Shown here: positions 47,435 to 57,809 of the stretch, piece by piece
Numbering within the stretch: position 1 is the first letter of the stretch
Layout: each line of letters begins with the position of its first letter
Source of the DNA: an uncultured cyanobacterium
Lineage (GTDB): Bacteria > Cyanobacteriota > Cyanobacteriia > PCC-6307 > Cyanobiaceae
Assembly (NCBI GenBank): GCA_963697335.1
Contig: CAVONQ010000006.1
Coordinates: forward strand, 1-64,000
Reading direction: 5' to 3'
DNA: 64,000 nucleotides
Notes under the pieces: generated by a model
Databases searched by the model: none
Told to the model about the DNA's origin: nothing
The model's input: the letters and a program-made list of their open reading frames with translations, nothing else
Position numbers and translations under genes: made by a program

Positions 47435-48898
47435 ATGGCACGATCCGATCGTCCGCCGTTGGCTAGCGCGCCACCAGCCCCGAGGGCGATTCCGCCCCTG
47501 CCCTTCGCCAGCCCGCACCAGCCCGATCAGCGCCTGCAGGACTTTCTGGAGCAAGCCACGCAGCAGTTGTGCGCCTGGCTGGCCAGTGCCTCCAGCCGCG
47601 GGCCCCTGCCGCCGCTGAGCGTGTTGCCGGCCGTGGAGCCCGAGCAGGCCGGTCTGGCGGACGTACAGCTGCTGGCCGATCTCCAGCTCGTGATGGACGG
47701 GGCCTACAACCCGGCCCACCCTGGCGCCCTGGCCCATCTGGATCCGCCGCCCCTGCCTGCCTCGATCGCGGCAGACCTGATCTGTGCCGGCCTCAACAAC
47801 AACCTGCTGGCGGAGGAGCTCTCCCCCAGCCTCTCGCGCCTGGAGCGCCACCTGGCCTCCTGGCTGGCTGAGCAGCTGGGGCTCGGCCCCGGCAGTGGCG
47901 GCGTGGCGGCCAGCGGCGGCACCTTGGCCAACCTGATGGCCCTGGTCACCGCGCGCCAGCAGGCTGGGCTCGGCTGTCGCGCTGATGCCGTGGTGGTGGC
48001 CAGTGCCGATGGCCATGTGTCCCTCAACAAGGCGCTGAGCGTGATGGGCCTGCCGCCGGCGGCCCTGTGGGCCGTGCCCACGGCAGCCGACGGCGGCATG
48101 GACCCCGCCGCCCTCGAGCACACCCTGGAGCAGCTGGCGTCCCGGGGGACCCCGGTGATTGCCGTGGTGGCCACCGCCGGCACCACGGTGAGGGGCAGTG
48201 TCGATCCCCTGAGCCGCAGCGCGGCGCTCTGCCGCCGCCACGGCCACTGGCTGCACGTGGATGGGGCGATCGGAGCCGTGTTCGGCCTCAGCCCGCGCCA
48301 TCGCCACCGGGTGGAGGGGCTCGAGCTGGCGGATTCCGTCACCATCAATCCCCAGAAACTGCTCGGCATCACCAAGACCTCCTCCCTGCTGCTGCTGCGG
48401 CGGCCCGAGGCCCTGGAGCAGGCCTTCGGCACCGGCCTGCCCTACATGGAGCCCAGCTGGGGCGGCGGCCACGGCGGTGAGTGCGGCCTGCAGGGCACCC
48501 GCCCCGCCGACGTGCTCAAGCTGTGGCTGGGCCTGCGGCAACTGGGCCTCGACGGCATCGAGGCGGTGCTCGACGGGGCGATCCAGCGCCGCCGGCAGCT
48601 GGTGGGGCTGCTGGCCAGCCTTCCCGCCCTGGAGCTGCTGCAGGGGCGGTTTCACCTGCTGGCCTTCACGCTGCGGGGCGCTGACGCCAACGCCGCGGAG
48701 GCCTGGAGCCTTGCCACGCGGCACCGACTGCTGGAGCAGCAGCTGATGCTGTCGCGGCCCCTGCATGGAGGTCGCCACCACCTCAAGGCGGTGCTGGGCA
48801 ATCCCCACACCACAGGGGCTGAACTGCAACGGCTCAGAGCCGTGGTGGCCGCGTCCCTGCCGGCCGCTTCGGGCCACCGGTCGCAGTCCAGGCCATGA
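47435..48898 (+). CDS. Group II pyridoxal-dependent decarboxylase
   Basis: SGGTLANL, TAGTTVRGSVDP, HVDGA, NPQK. Confidence 0.9.
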   Translation: MARSDRPPLASAPPAPRAIPPLPFASPHQPDQRLQDFLEQATQQLCAWLASASSRGPLPPLSVLPAVEPEQAGLADVQLLADLQLVMDGAYNPAHPGALAHLDPPPLPASIAADLICAGLNNNLLAEELSPSLSRLERHLASWLAEQLGLGPGSGGVAASGGTLANLMALVTARQQAGLGCRADAVVVASADGHVSLNKALSVMGLPPAALWAVPTAADGGMDPAALEHTLEQLASRGTPVIAVVATAGTTVRGSVDPLSRSAALCRRHGHWLHVDGAIGAVFGLSPRHRHRVEGLELADSVTINPQKLLGITKTSSLLLLRRPEALEQAFGTGLPYMEPSWGGGHGGECGLQGTRPADVLKLWLGLRQLGLDGIEAVLDGAIQRRRQLVGLLASLPALELLQGRFHLLAFTLRGADANAAEAWSLATRHRLLEQQLMLSRPLHGGRHHLKAVLGNPHTTGAELQRLRAVVAASLPAASGHRSQSRP

Positions 48899-49143
48899 CC
48901 CCCGAGCCCAGTCCACGCTCCAAATGGGTGGCGATCATCACCGGGGCCCTTTCCATCCTGGTGGCCTTGCTCTACCTGGGCCTGATCCTGGTGCTTGACA
49001 GCCGCGGCCCCCTGCAGCCGCCCCCGCCTGAGGCCCTCGGCTTCGGCCTGGTCAACGTCACGAGGCCGGCTGCCAGCCTCACGCCCCGGGCCTGGGCGGC
49101 AACTGCCTCTCCCGCTGCCGCAGGGGTTCCACCACACGCCTGA
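48895..49143 (+). CDS. Small membrane hypothetical protein
   Basis: WVAIITGALSI..LYL...LDSRGPLQPPPPEA. Confidence 0.7.
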   Translation: MTPEPSPRSKWVAIITGALSILVALLYLGLILVLDSRGPLQPPPPEALGFGLVNVTRPAASLTPRAWAATASPAAAGVPPHA

Positions 49144-50641
49144 AGGCCACGGCCAGGAAGCGGCGCAGGTCGCCGTCGCGACGGCCCAGGTCGTAGTGGC
49201 GCTGCACCACCTCCTGCATGCCGCCGTCGCCCCAGTCCTGGTCACGCTCGAAGTAGGTGATGAAACTCTGGCCCGCCACCCGCGTCAGCCAGGCCGCACT
49301 CACCGCCTGGATCGCCCTGCTCACCACCAGGGCCGGCAACGACAGACTCAGGGCCGCACTCACCAGGCTCACCCCCCCCTTCACCAGGCCCAGGCCCGCC
49401 AGGGTGCGCCCCACCGAGAGGGCGAGCTCCTGGGCGTTGCCGCGGCTCAGATTCACCCCGTAGACCTTGGCGATCTCCACCACCATCTGGGCATTGACGG
49501 CCGCCGCGCCGAGCAGATCGAGTCCCGGCAGCGGCGTCACCGCCAGCACGGCGGCACCGATCCAGCTGTAGCGCTCCACCACGGCATCGGCGTCAGCCCG
49601 CCGCTGCTCTCCCAGCAACTGCCGGCTGGCCTCGCCCAGCTGGCGGCACTGCAACAGCAGGTTGTCGGCAATCAGTTCCTCCCCCTCGGCATGGAGCACG
49701 GCGGCGAGGCGGCGCAGCACGGCATCCACCTCCGGCGCGGGCTGAAGCGGCCTTCCCCCCGGCATCGGCACGCTCTGGGGAGCAGCGCTGGCCGGGATCA
49801 CATCCTCGGGAGCGAGCACGGCGCTGCAGCGGCGTCGCAGCAGCGCCAGCAGCCGCTGCTCCTCCTGCTCGCCGCGCAGGTCGCACTTGTTGAGCACCAG
49901 CAACAGGCGCTTGCCCAGGCCGGCCAGGGTTTCCAGCACCTGGAATTCCGTGGCCCGCAGGTCCCCATCCACCAGCAGCAGCAGCAGATCGGCACGGCTG
50001 GCCTGGCCCCGGGCCAGCCGCTCCCGCTGCTGGCCCGCATCCCCCGATTCCAGGATCCCGGGAGTGTCCACGAGCCACACGGCCCGGCGCAGGCCCTGCA
50101 GGCGCAGCCGATAACGGCTGCTGCGCTCGGTGACCCCCATCGGCGCCCCCACCTCCCCCACCAGCTGCCGCAACAGGGCCCGGATCAGGGAGGTCTTGCC
50201 GGAGGAGCCGCTGCCGAACACCACGATCACCAGGTCGCCCCGCTCCAGCTCGGCGGCCATGCGCTGTTGCCGCTCCTGCAGGGCCTGGCGCTCCACCGCA
50301 TCGCGCACGCGCTCGAGGGTCTGATCGATGGCCTCCAGCTGGCGGGCGGCGGCTTCGCGGCGGTTGCCCGGCGGCTCAGCAGGGGGGCGGGCGCCGGCGG
50401 CCTGGCCCGGCCCCCGGCCCCCGCCCCGGCCCAGCCCCCGCAGCCAGGGCCAGGCCAGCTGGGCCAGCAGCAGGGCCAGCGCCAGCAGCAGCACCGCCAC
50501 CACCGGCCCCACCAGGCCATAGGGCAGCACGGCACTCAGCTGCCACACCAGCTGGTTGATGGCCTGCAGCACCACCCCCACCACCACCAGCGCCAGCAAC
50601 AGCAGGCCGGTGGCGATCCAGAGGCGGGTGCGCTGTTTCAC
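49079..50641 (-). CDS. GTP-binding protein with DUF697 (YcjF-like) domain
   Basis: GSGSSGKT, DTPG, NKCD; TPLPGLD. Confidence 0.9.
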   Translation of the reverse strand: MKQRTRLWIATGLLLLALVVVGVVLQAINQLVWQLSAVLPYGLVGPVVAVLLLALALLLAQLAWPWLRGLGRGGGRGPGQAAGARPPAEPPGNRREAAARQLEAIDQTLERVRDAVERQALQERQQRMAAELERGDLVIVVFGSGSSGKTSLIRALLRQLVGEVGAPMGVTERSSRYRLRLQGLRRAVWLVDTPGILESGDAGQQRERLARGQASRADLLLLLVDGDLRATEFQVLETLAGLGKRLLLVLNKCDLRGEQEEQRLLALLRRRCSAVLAPEDVIPASAAPQSVPMPGGRPLQPAPEVDAVLRRLAAVLHAEGEELIADNLLLQCRQLGEASRQLLGEQRRADADAVVERYSWIGAAVLAVTPLPGLDLLGAAAVNAQMVVEIAKVYGVNLSRGNAQELALSVGRTLAGLGLVKGGVSLVSAALSLSLPALVVSRAIQAVSAAWLTRVAGQSFITYFERDQDWGDGGMQEVVQRHYDLGRRDGDLRRFLAVAFRRVVEPLRQRERQLPPRPGA

Positions 50642-50644
50642 CGT

Positions 50645-52801
50645 TCAGGAGGTGGCGCGCAGGATCTCGGCCCACAGCCCGGCGGCCAGGGCGCTGGAGC
50701 CCCGGGTGGGGCTGTTGTCGTCGTTGCCCAGCCACACGCCCACCGCCCAGTGGCGCTCGGGAGCGATCCCGATGAACACCAGGTCGCGGTTCTCGTTGCT
50801 GGTGCCCGTCTTGCCGCCTTCACGGCCTCCGAGCCGCGCCGCCTGGCCGGTGCCGCTGGTCACCACGGCCCGCAGCAGCTGTTGCATGGAGCGCGCTGTC
50901 TTCTCGCTCAGCACCCGCCGGCCCGGAGCCGTGTTGGCCGGGGTCTCGGCCGCCTCGCGGCGACAGCTGGCGGGATCCTTGCCCCGGCAGGTCTCGGCGT
51001 CCACGAGCCGCTTGATCGTGCTGGGGGCATGCCAGGTGCCGTCATTGGCCACGGCGCCGTAGGCGGAGGTGAGCTCCAGCAGGGTCACTTCGCTCTGGCC
51101 CAGGGCCAGGCCCGGCACGGCGTTGAGCGAGCTGGTGACGCCCAGATCCCTGGCCTGTTGCACCACGGCTTCGAGGCCCACCTTCTGGGCGGTGCGCAGG
51201 GCGGCGGTGTTGCTGCTGCGGGCAAAGGCGCTGAGCAGGCTGAGGTTGCCGCTGCAGTCGCTGCTGAAGGTCTGGCCACGCCAGCGCAGCGGCCCGCAGT
51301 TCACCCCATCGCCGGGCCCGGCGCCACGCTCGAGAGCCGCCAGGTAGGGGAACAGCTTGAAGGTGCTGCCCTGGGAGCGCTGGGCCATTGAGGCCCGGTT
51401 GTACTGGCTCTGTTGGTAGTCGCGGCCGCCGGCGATCGCCACGATGCCGCCGTTGCGCACGTCGATCACCACCACAGCACCCTCGGTGACATTGAGGCCA
51501 CGACTGCTGCTCAGCCGCTGCCGCAGCACCCGCTCCACCTGCTCCTGGACGCCTGGATCGAGGTGGGTCTCGACCAGAAAATTGCCCTCGGCCGCCACGG
51601 ACGGACCCACCAGGTCCTGCAGGTCGCGGCGCACCTGATCGGTGTAAAAGGGCGCACCGCGCCGCTCGGCGGCTCGCTTGCAGGCCTCGGGCGCCACCTG
51701 CACGGGGCTGCGGCGGGCGGAGCGGCCGGCGTCCGCACCGAGGCGACCGGAGTCCACCATCTTGCGCAGCACCGCGTTGCGGGATTCCAGGGCGGCCTGG
51801 GGTGCCACACAGGGGTCGTAGCCGTTCGGCGAGGGCAACAGGCCCACCAGCAGGGCCGCTTCCTGCAGCTCCAGCTCGGCGGCGGGCTTGCCGAAGAAGT
51901 GCCGCGAGGCATCCTCGAAGCCCCAGCCCACCCCCAGGTACACCCGATTGAGATAGCTGAGCAGCAGGTCGTGCTTGCTGAACAGGGCCTCCAGCTGCAG
52001 GGCCACCAGCAGCTCCCGCCACTTGCGCCCCAGGGTCTCGCCCTGGCCCACCTGGTCGGGATAGAGGCTGCGGGCCAGCTGCTGGGTCAGGGTGCTGCCC
52101 CCCTCCAGCACCCGGCCGCCGGCGAGGTTCGTCACCAGGGCCCGGGCCGTGCCCACCGGATCCACCCCGGGGTGCCACCAGAAGCGGGCGTCCTCACTGG
52201 CGAGCAGGGCATCCACCAGCACGGGGGGGTAGTCGCCCAGCTTGGCCAGCTCGCGGTGCTCCAGGCCCTGCACCGAGTTGATCGGCTTGCCCTGGCGGTC
52301 GTAGAGCGCCAGGGGCCCCCGCACCGTGGCCAGGCTGCCGCGGATGGGCCCCTGGGCCACCGACAGGGCCAACAACGCCAGGCCGCCGCTGGCCACGGCC
52401 GCCAGGCCGAGGGCCAGGCCCCGCAGCAGCCGCTGGGAGCGGGGCTGGGGACGACGCTGAAAGTCCAGCTCCGGCAGGCCGGGTTGGTGGGTGGGCCCGA
52501 AGCGCACCGTGTCGCCATCGCGCAGCAGCAGCTGCCGGATGCGCCGGTTGCGCCACCACAACCCATTGGTGGAGCCGGTGTCGGAGAGCAGCCAGGCGCC
52601 GCCGCGCTGCTCCAGCAGGGCATGCTGGCGGCTCACGGCCGTGTGCTCGATCGGAATCTGGCCATCGGCATCGCGGCCGATGCGGTAGGCCCCGCTCTGG
52701 ATCGTCACGGTGCGGCTGGGCAGGCCTGGCCCATGGATCTGCACCTGGCACTGGCCGGGTTGGCTCCAGCGACTCCAGCGGCGTCGCAGGGCATCAAGCA
52801 C
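50645..52801 (-). CDS. Class A penicillin-binding protein with N-terminal FHA domain
   Basis: FHA (IGR...SRQH...STNG), TM, EDARF..H.GVD, GGSTLTQQLA, STFK, SSN, KTG. Confidence 0.92.
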   Translation of the reverse strand: MLDALRRRWSRWSQPGQCQVQIHGPGLPSRTVTIQSGAYRIGRDADGQIPIEHTAVSRQHALLEQRGGAWLLSDTGSTNGLWWRNRRIRQLLLRDGDTVRFGPTHQPGLPELDFQRRPQPRSQRLLRGLALGLAAVASGGLALLALSVAQGPIRGSLATVRGPLALYDRQGKPINSVQGLEHRELAKLGDYPPVLVDALLASEDARFWWHPGVDPVGTARALVTNLAGGRVLEGGSTLTQQLARSLYPDQVGQGETLGRKWRELLVALQLEALFSKHDLLLSYLNRVYLGVGWGFEDASRHFFGKPAAELELQEAALLVGLLPSPNGYDPCVAPQAALESRNAVLRKMVDSGRLGADAGRSARRSPVQVAPEACKRAAERRGAPFYTDQVRRDLQDLVGPSVAAEGNFLVETHLDPGVQEQVERVLRQRLSSSRGLNVTEGAVVVIDVRNGGIVAIAGGRDYQQSQYNRASMAQRSQGSTFKLFPYLAALERGAGPGDGVNCGPLRWRGQTFSSDCSGNLSLLSAFARSSNTAALRTAQKVGLEAVVQQARDLGVTSSLNAVPGLALGQSEVTLLELTSAYGAVANDGTWHAPSTIKRLVDAETCRGKDPASCRREAAETPANTAPGRRVLSEKTARSMQQLLRAVVTSGTGQAARLGGREGGKTGTSNENRDLVFIGIAPERHWAVGVWLGNDDNSPTRGSSALAAGLWAEILRATS

Positions 52802-53261
52802 GCCGGGAGCCCCTCTCGCCCAGCAGATCGATGGCCAGGCACAGCACCGCCAGGTTGATGGCGATGTCGGCCAGGTTGAACACCGGAAAATTGATCGGCA
52901 CCAGCGACAGAAAGTCCACCACGGCCCCCAGGCGCCAGCGGTCGATGCCGTTGCCGATGGCCCCGCCCAGCAGGAAGCCGAGGGCGAGGCTGCGGGGCAG
53001 CCGCATCGTCCCCTGCCGGGCGATCGCCACCACCAGAGCTGCTCCCACCGCCAGGCTGATCAGGCCCAGAGCCTGGGTGGCCCCGCTGAACAGGCTGAAG
53101 GCCGCCCCCGTGTTCCAGGTGAGCAGCAGCTCCAGAAGCCCGGGCAGGAAGGGGTGGGGCAGACCGGGCTGCAGGGCCTGTTGGGCCCAGGCCTTGCTGA
53201 ACTGGTCGGCCAGCACCACTGCGGCCGCCAGCAGGTAGCTGAGCTTCTGCTGCCGGCTCAT
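52794..53261 (-). CDS. lspA: Lipoprotein signal peptidase
   Basis: DQFSK, NTGAAFS, GGAIGNGIDR, VVDF, FNLAD. Confidence 0.95.
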   Translation of the reverse strand: MSRQQKLSYLLAAAVVLADQFSKAWAQQALQPGLPHPFLPGLLELLLTWNTGAAFSLFSGATQALGLISLAVGAALVVAIARQGTMRLPRSLALGFLLGGAIGNGIDRWRLGAVVDFLSLVPINFPVFNLADIAINLAVLCLAIDLLGERGSRRA

Positions 53262-53878
53262 GTGGGAACCAGCAGCAGCTTGCGCAGGGCCACCGCCGCG
53301 GTGGCCACGGCACAGCAGAGCAACAGCTGGCTCAGCAGCGGCCCCACCGAGAAGCTCATCAGCAGCGGCAGCACACCGCCGGGCCAGCGCCCGGCCAACG
53401 CTCCGATCAGCAGGTTGAGGGCGCCGCACAGCTGAATCACGCCAACACCCACCGCGCTGGCCAGGGTGAGGTTGAGCAGATCGCCCATGCCGCGCTGGCG
53501 GGCCAGCCGGCCCGTGAGCCAGGCGGCGGGCACGAAGCCGGCCAGGTAGCCGAAGCCCGGGTCCAGCAGATAGGCACTGCCACCGCCGCCCTGGAACACC
53601 GGCAGCTGGAACAGCCCCAGGGTGAGGTAGGCCAGGGCGGCCAGCAGGCCGCTGCGGGGGCCGCAGACCAGGGCCGTGAGCAGCAGGGCCGGTACCTGAA
53701 GGGTGATTGGCAGCGCCGTGAGGGTCCACTGCCCCTGGGCCCCCGGAAGGGGCACGGCGGCCTGAATCAGGCCCCCCACCAGGATCAGCAACAGGCCTGC
53801 AACCGCTCCACTCCAGTTCGCCAGGGCCCGCAAATCGTCCAGGAATGGTCTGGGCACAGTCTGCCGCGCCGTGGACAC
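53258..53878 (-). CDS. bioY: Biotin transporter BioY
   Basis: PITLQ, YLTLGL..LPVF.GG, GFGYLAGF. Confidence 0.9.
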   Translation of the reverse strand: MSTARQTVPRPFLDDLRALANWSGAVAGLLLILVGGLIQAAVPLPGAQGQWTLTALPITLQVPALLLTALVCGPRSGLLAALAYLTLGLFQLPVFQGGGGSAYLLDPGFGYLAGFVPAAWLTGRLARQRGMGDLLNLTLASAVGVGVIQLCGALNLLIGALAGRWPGGVLPLLMSFSVGPLLSQLLLCCAVATAAVALRKLLLVPT

Positions 53879-53934
53879 GCTGCCAGGGCACCATGATGGC
53901 CAGGCCCGTCTGGGCGCATCCCCGGCGCCGCACC

Positions 53935-54237
53935 ATGACCAGCACTCCCCACCCAGAACAGCAGCTGAGCCAGGAGCCCCAGCCGAGCCTGGATCCTGTC
54001 GACCCGGCCTGGGAGATCGGCGCTGCGGTGTGCCTGCAGCACAGTCCCCGCTACCTCAAGACAGCGGATCCGATGCCGATGCTGCGCCCCCCGGATCTGG
54101 TGGATCTCAACGAGGTGGGCACCGTGGTGGCCCAGCGGTCCATGGGGCAGCTGGCGGTGCGCTTCCGTCGCGGCACCTTTCTGATTGCAGCCGATGCTCT
54201 GGTGGCCGCTCCGGAGAGGCAGGCCCCCCTCGCCTGA
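53935..54237 (+). CDS. sipA: NblS-interacting protein SipA (DUF3148)
   Basis: YLKTADPMPMLRPPDLV...VRFRRGTFLI. Confidence 0.85.
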   Translation: MTSTPHPEQQLSQEPQPSLDPVDPAWEIGAAVCLQHSPRYLKTADPMPMLRPPDLVDLNEVGTVVAQRSMGQLAVRFRRGTFLIAADALVAAPERQAPLA

Positions 54238-54262
54238 GTCCTCGCCCTGCCCGTGGGATCCT

Positions 54263-55153
54263 TCAGCCTGCCTTGCTGGCGCTGGGGCGCAGATTCTGCA
54301 GGCCGCTCAGGAACATCGGCACGAAGCGATCGAAGAACTGCTCCGGTTCCTGCTCCCAGACGCGCTTGGCGGCCAGGAAGCGGGACTTCTGCAGGTCAGG
54401 CGCCAGCAGGGTCTGGGGCAGTCGCTCCAGCAGGTAGGCAGGCCGCTGCCAGGCCGGAATGGTGCTGGCGATCTCCACCAGGCTGGAGAGGCGACGCAGT
54501 TCGGCGCCGGCGGTGATGTCCATACCGGCGGCATAGGCCGCGTGCTCGATCAGGGAGTAGCGGTGCTTGGCCTCGTCCACCAGGGCCCGATCGGCGGGGC
54601 TGCGACTGGCAATGGAATTCAGCCAGCGGTTGCCCCAGCGCACGTGCCCGGCTTCTTCGGGCAGGATTTTCTCCAGGGTCTCCCTGATCTTGGTGTTCTC
54701 CTCGCTGGCCGGGGCGCTCTTCAGGGCGTGGATGTGGGCTGAGAAGGTCTGGCAGCCGCGCTTCTCGGTGGCGTTGATGGAGGCCAGGGCCGCCACCACG
54801 CCTGCATCCTTGCGGCCGTCGGAGGCGGGGTTGTCAAGCAGCCGGTTGAGCTCATCGATGTAGGAGGCGGCCGGCGGATTGCCGATCGGCTCTCCCATCT
54901 CGAAGAGCAGGTCAGTGAGCCAGGCCGCATGGCGGGCTTCGTCGTTCACGTGGTGAGAGAGGTCGCGCACCAGTTCGGCAGGCTCGCCGTTCAGCAGCTC
55001 GATCAGGTTGGTGAGCTCCAGGCAGGAGCGCTGTTCGTTGAAGCGGTAACTATTCAGAAAGTACACCTGAACTTCCCGCTTCTTCACAACCTGAGCCATC
55101 ACCTCCCTGGCGCTGAGGTTGTTCGAGAGCTTCCGGGGGTAGGTGACAGGCAT
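54263..55153 (-). CDS. Ferritin-like domain protein
   Basis: NEQ...DEARH...TEK...EEAGH di-iron ligand pattern. Confidence 0.8.
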   Translation of the reverse strand: MPVTYPRKLSNNLSAREVMAQVVKKREVQVYFLNSYRFNEQRSCLELTNLIELLNGEPAELVRDLSHHVNDEARHAAWLTDLLFEMGEPIGNPPAASYIDELNRLLDNPASDGRKDAGVVAALASINATEKRGCQTFSAHIHALKSAPASEENTKIRETLEKILPEEAGHVRWGNRWLNSIASRSPADRALVDEAKHRYSLIEHAAYAAGMDITAGAELRRLSSLVEIASTIPAWQRPAYLLERLPQTLLAPDLQKSRFLAAKRVWEQEPEQFFDRFVPMFLSGLQNLRPSASKAG

Positions 55154-55178
55154 TGCTGGCCAGGATCGTGGAACGACG

Positions 55179-56489
55179 TTAACGACGGCCTGAAGTCGCC
55201 TGCGGCAGGGGTGCCCTGCCGCACCAGGAGCTCCACACGGCCTCGGCCGCCGCCACAGCCGCCGCCGGACCACAGAGGCTGAGGCGCGGCGCGGCCAGAT
55301 GGCGCCGGGCGGCAGCCAGCAGGTCGTCGGCGCTGAGCTGCTCTGCCGCCAGCAGGGAGCGGGCGATGTAGCTGTCGCCCAGCCCATGGCCCATCACCAG
55401 CGCCTGGCGATCGGCGATCTGGCCGCAGGTCTGGCGGCCCATGGCGTCCTGGCCCCGGAACTTGGCCCTGGCCAGGCTGAGGTCCTGGCTGCTGAGGGGA
55501 GTCTCCAGCTGGCGCTGCCACTCCTCCAGCAGGGCGGCCATGGCCTCTGCCGCCCGCTCGGTGGAACTGGAGCAGTGCCACACGAAGGGGCTCGGGCCGC
55601 AGCGGGCCGGCAGGTGCACGCCCACGTCATAAGCCAGGCCCCGTTCCTCCCGCATCACCACGAACAGCCGACTCGACATGCCGAGGCCGAAGTGGGCCTG
55701 CAGCAGCCGCAGCGCCAGGGCGTCCGGGTGGCCCAGAGGCACCGTCGCCGCCCCCAGCATCACCACCACCTGCTCGGTGTCCTGACTCAGCAGCACATGA
55801 TCCACGCCGGTCCCTGCCGCCGCCGTCGGCAGGGGCAGGGGCAGGGCTGTCCGCCACGGTGTCAGGCCCAGCTGGAGGTTGAGCTGCCCCTCCAGATCGC
55901 TCGCCGCCGGCAGGTCGCCGCAGACCGCCAGCAGGGCTCCCTCGCGGCCCAGGTCGTCCACCAGGGGGGCCAGCGCCGCGGCCGTGAGCTGCTCCAGATC
56001 AGGTTCCACCCCAAGCGGATCGTGGCCATAGGGGCCGTTGCCATAGAGGAGGTCCCGCAGCCCGTCATGGGCGAGCTGGAAGGGGTCCTCCCGCTGGCGT
56101 TGCAGGCTCTGCAGGTTGAGTTGGCGCTCCAGCTGCACCTGGTCGGGGGCGAGCCCGGGGGCGCGCGCCATCGTCACCAACAGGGGCAACAGCTCCAAGG
56201 CATCGTCGCTGGCGCACTTGAGGCTGATCACCAGCGCGTCCTCATGGGCCTCACAGCGCAGGGCGGCGCCGCGGCCCTCCACCAGGTCGGCGAGCTGTTC
56301 GGCCGTGAGAGTTCCGCAGCCTCGGGTCATCACCCCGGCCAGCAGCTGCGTCGCGCCCCGGCCGCCGGCGGGGTCGCGGCTGCTGCCGCCCCGGATCCAG
56401 AGCCGGGCCGCCACCAGGCCGACGCCTGGCCGTTGCTGCTGCCAAAGGGGAAGGCCGCCATCGAGCCGCAGGCAGGTCCAGCCGCTCAT
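55179..56489 (-). CDS. M16 peptidase, non-catalytic subunit
   Basis: SSRLF..MREERGLAY; lacks HxxEH. Confidence 0.85.
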   Translation of the reverse strand: MSGWTCLRLDGGLPLWQQQRPGVGLVAARLWIRGGSSRDPAGGRGATQLLAGVMTRGCGTLTAEQLADLVEGRGAALRCEAHEDALVISLKCASDDALELLPLLVTMARAPGLAPDQVQLERQLNLQSLQRQREDPFQLAHDGLRDLLYGNGPYGHDPLGVEPDLEQLTAAALAPLVDDLGREGALLAVCGDLPAASDLEGQLNLQLGLTPWRTALPLPLPTAAAGTGVDHVLLSQDTEQVVVMLGAATVPLGHPDALALRLLQAHFGLGMSSRLFVVMREERGLAYDVGVHLPARCGPSPFVWHCSSSTERAAEAMAALLEEWQRQLETPLSSQDLSLARAKFRGQDAMGRQTCGQIADRQALVMGHGLGDSYIARSLLAAEQLSADDLLAAARRHLAAPRLSLCGPAAAVAAAEAVWSSWCGRAPLPQATSGRR

Positions 56490-57787
56490 GCGGGCACCGC
56501 CTCCAGCACACAGGCCAGGCTGGGATCCAGCAGGGGCACCAGCTGCCGCTGCAGGGCGTCGGGAGTCCAGCGGTGCAGGTGTTCCAGGGGCCGCCCCAGA
56601 GCCTGGGGCCGACCCCAGAGCAGGTTGTTGCCGATGGTGCCAGCCACCCCGGCGGGCGACTCCAGCGAAAAGCGGTAGCCGTTCGCCACCAGGTGCAGGG
56701 CCCGCTGCCACTCCGGCTCACCGATCGCCTCCTGCTGCAACTGAAGCCAGGCCCCGTCGATGGCCTGGCGCACCGCGCCGAGATCCTCGGGTTCACAGAT
56801 GGCTTCCAGCAGGGCGAAGCTGCCGCACTCCATCACGTGCAGGTCGAGGTCGATGCTCTCGACCAGCTGCAGCTCCTCCCGCAGCAGGGCCACGAGCCGG
56901 CTGCGGCGGCCCTCCGCCAGCAGGGTGGTGAGCAGATCGGCCCCCATCACGGCAGCGAGGTCGCCGGCGGGGGGCAGGGCCCAGAGCATCAGCAGTCGGG
57001 CGGCTTCCAGGCGGGGCAGGGCCAGCCGGTGCTGGCCGGGGGCCACGCCCATGGGCGAGCGGCCCGACGGCTCATCCAGCAGGGGCAGGGAGGCCAGGGG
57101 GCTGGCCTCGATGCGGCTCTCCAGGGCTGGTTCCAGGCTCTCCAGGGCGCCGGCCACGGCGAGCACGCAGCGGTTGGCGCCGTAGAGGCGCTTCTGGAAG
57201 GACGCCATGGCGCCAGGCGTATGGGCCAGCAGCGCCTGGCGCTCTCCCAGGATCGGAGCGCCGTAGGCATGGCTGCCGCAACCCAGCCGCAACAGCCGCT
57301 GCAGGGCCACATCGTCCGGCTGGTCCTCGCTCTGGGCCAGCTCTTCGAGCACCACCTGGCGCTCCATCTGAAACGCCTCGTCCACGAGGGCCGGCTCCAG
57401 CACCAGATCCAGCAGCAGATCCAGGGCCTCAAGGGCGGACTCCGGCGGGATCAGCACGTGGTAGTGCACGTCATCGAAGCCGGTGGCCGCATTGCTGCTG
57501 CCACCGAGGGCCTCGATCCGGCCATCGAATTCACCGGGCCCCAGCCGAGCACTGCCCTTGAACACCATGTGCTCCAGGAAGTGGGCCAGTCCACTCTCGC
57601 GCGGCTCCTCGAACACGCTGCCGGCGCGACACCAGAAGTCGAGGCACACCAGGGGGCTGTCGGCCAGGGGCAGCAGCACGCTGCGGGCGCCGTTGGGCAG
57701 GGTGTGGATGTGGGGCGACGCCAGGCCTGGCAGCAGAACGGGAGTGGAAGCCAGGGGCAAGGCGCAGGGACATGGCAGGATCTGCAT
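56486..57787 (-). CDS. M16 zinc peptidase, catalytic subunit
   Basis: [25 protein letters not shown]; start uncertain. Confidence 0.9.
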   Translation of the reverse strand: MQILPCPCALPLASTPVLLPGLASPHIHTLPNGARSVLLPLADSPLVCLDFWCRAGSVFEEPRESGLAHFLEHMVFKGSARLGPGEFDGRIEALGGSSNAATGFDDVHYHVLIPPESALEALDLLLDLVLEPALVDEAFQMERQVVLEELAQSEDQPDDVALQRLLRLGCGSHAYGAPILGERQALLAHTPGAMASFQKRLYGANRCVLAVAGALESLEPALESRIEASPLASLPLLDEPSGRSPMGVAPGQHRLALPRLEAARLLMLWALPPAGDLAAVMGADLLTTLLAEGRRSRLVALLREELQLVESIDLDLHVMECGSFALLEAICEPEDLGAVRQAIDGAWLQLQQEAIGEPEWQRALHLVANGYRFSLESPAGVAGTIGNNLLWGRPQALGRPLEHLHRWTPDALQRQLVPLLDPSLACVLEAVPA

Positions 57788-57809
57788 TCTGCTGGCTGGG
57801 GACACGGCT

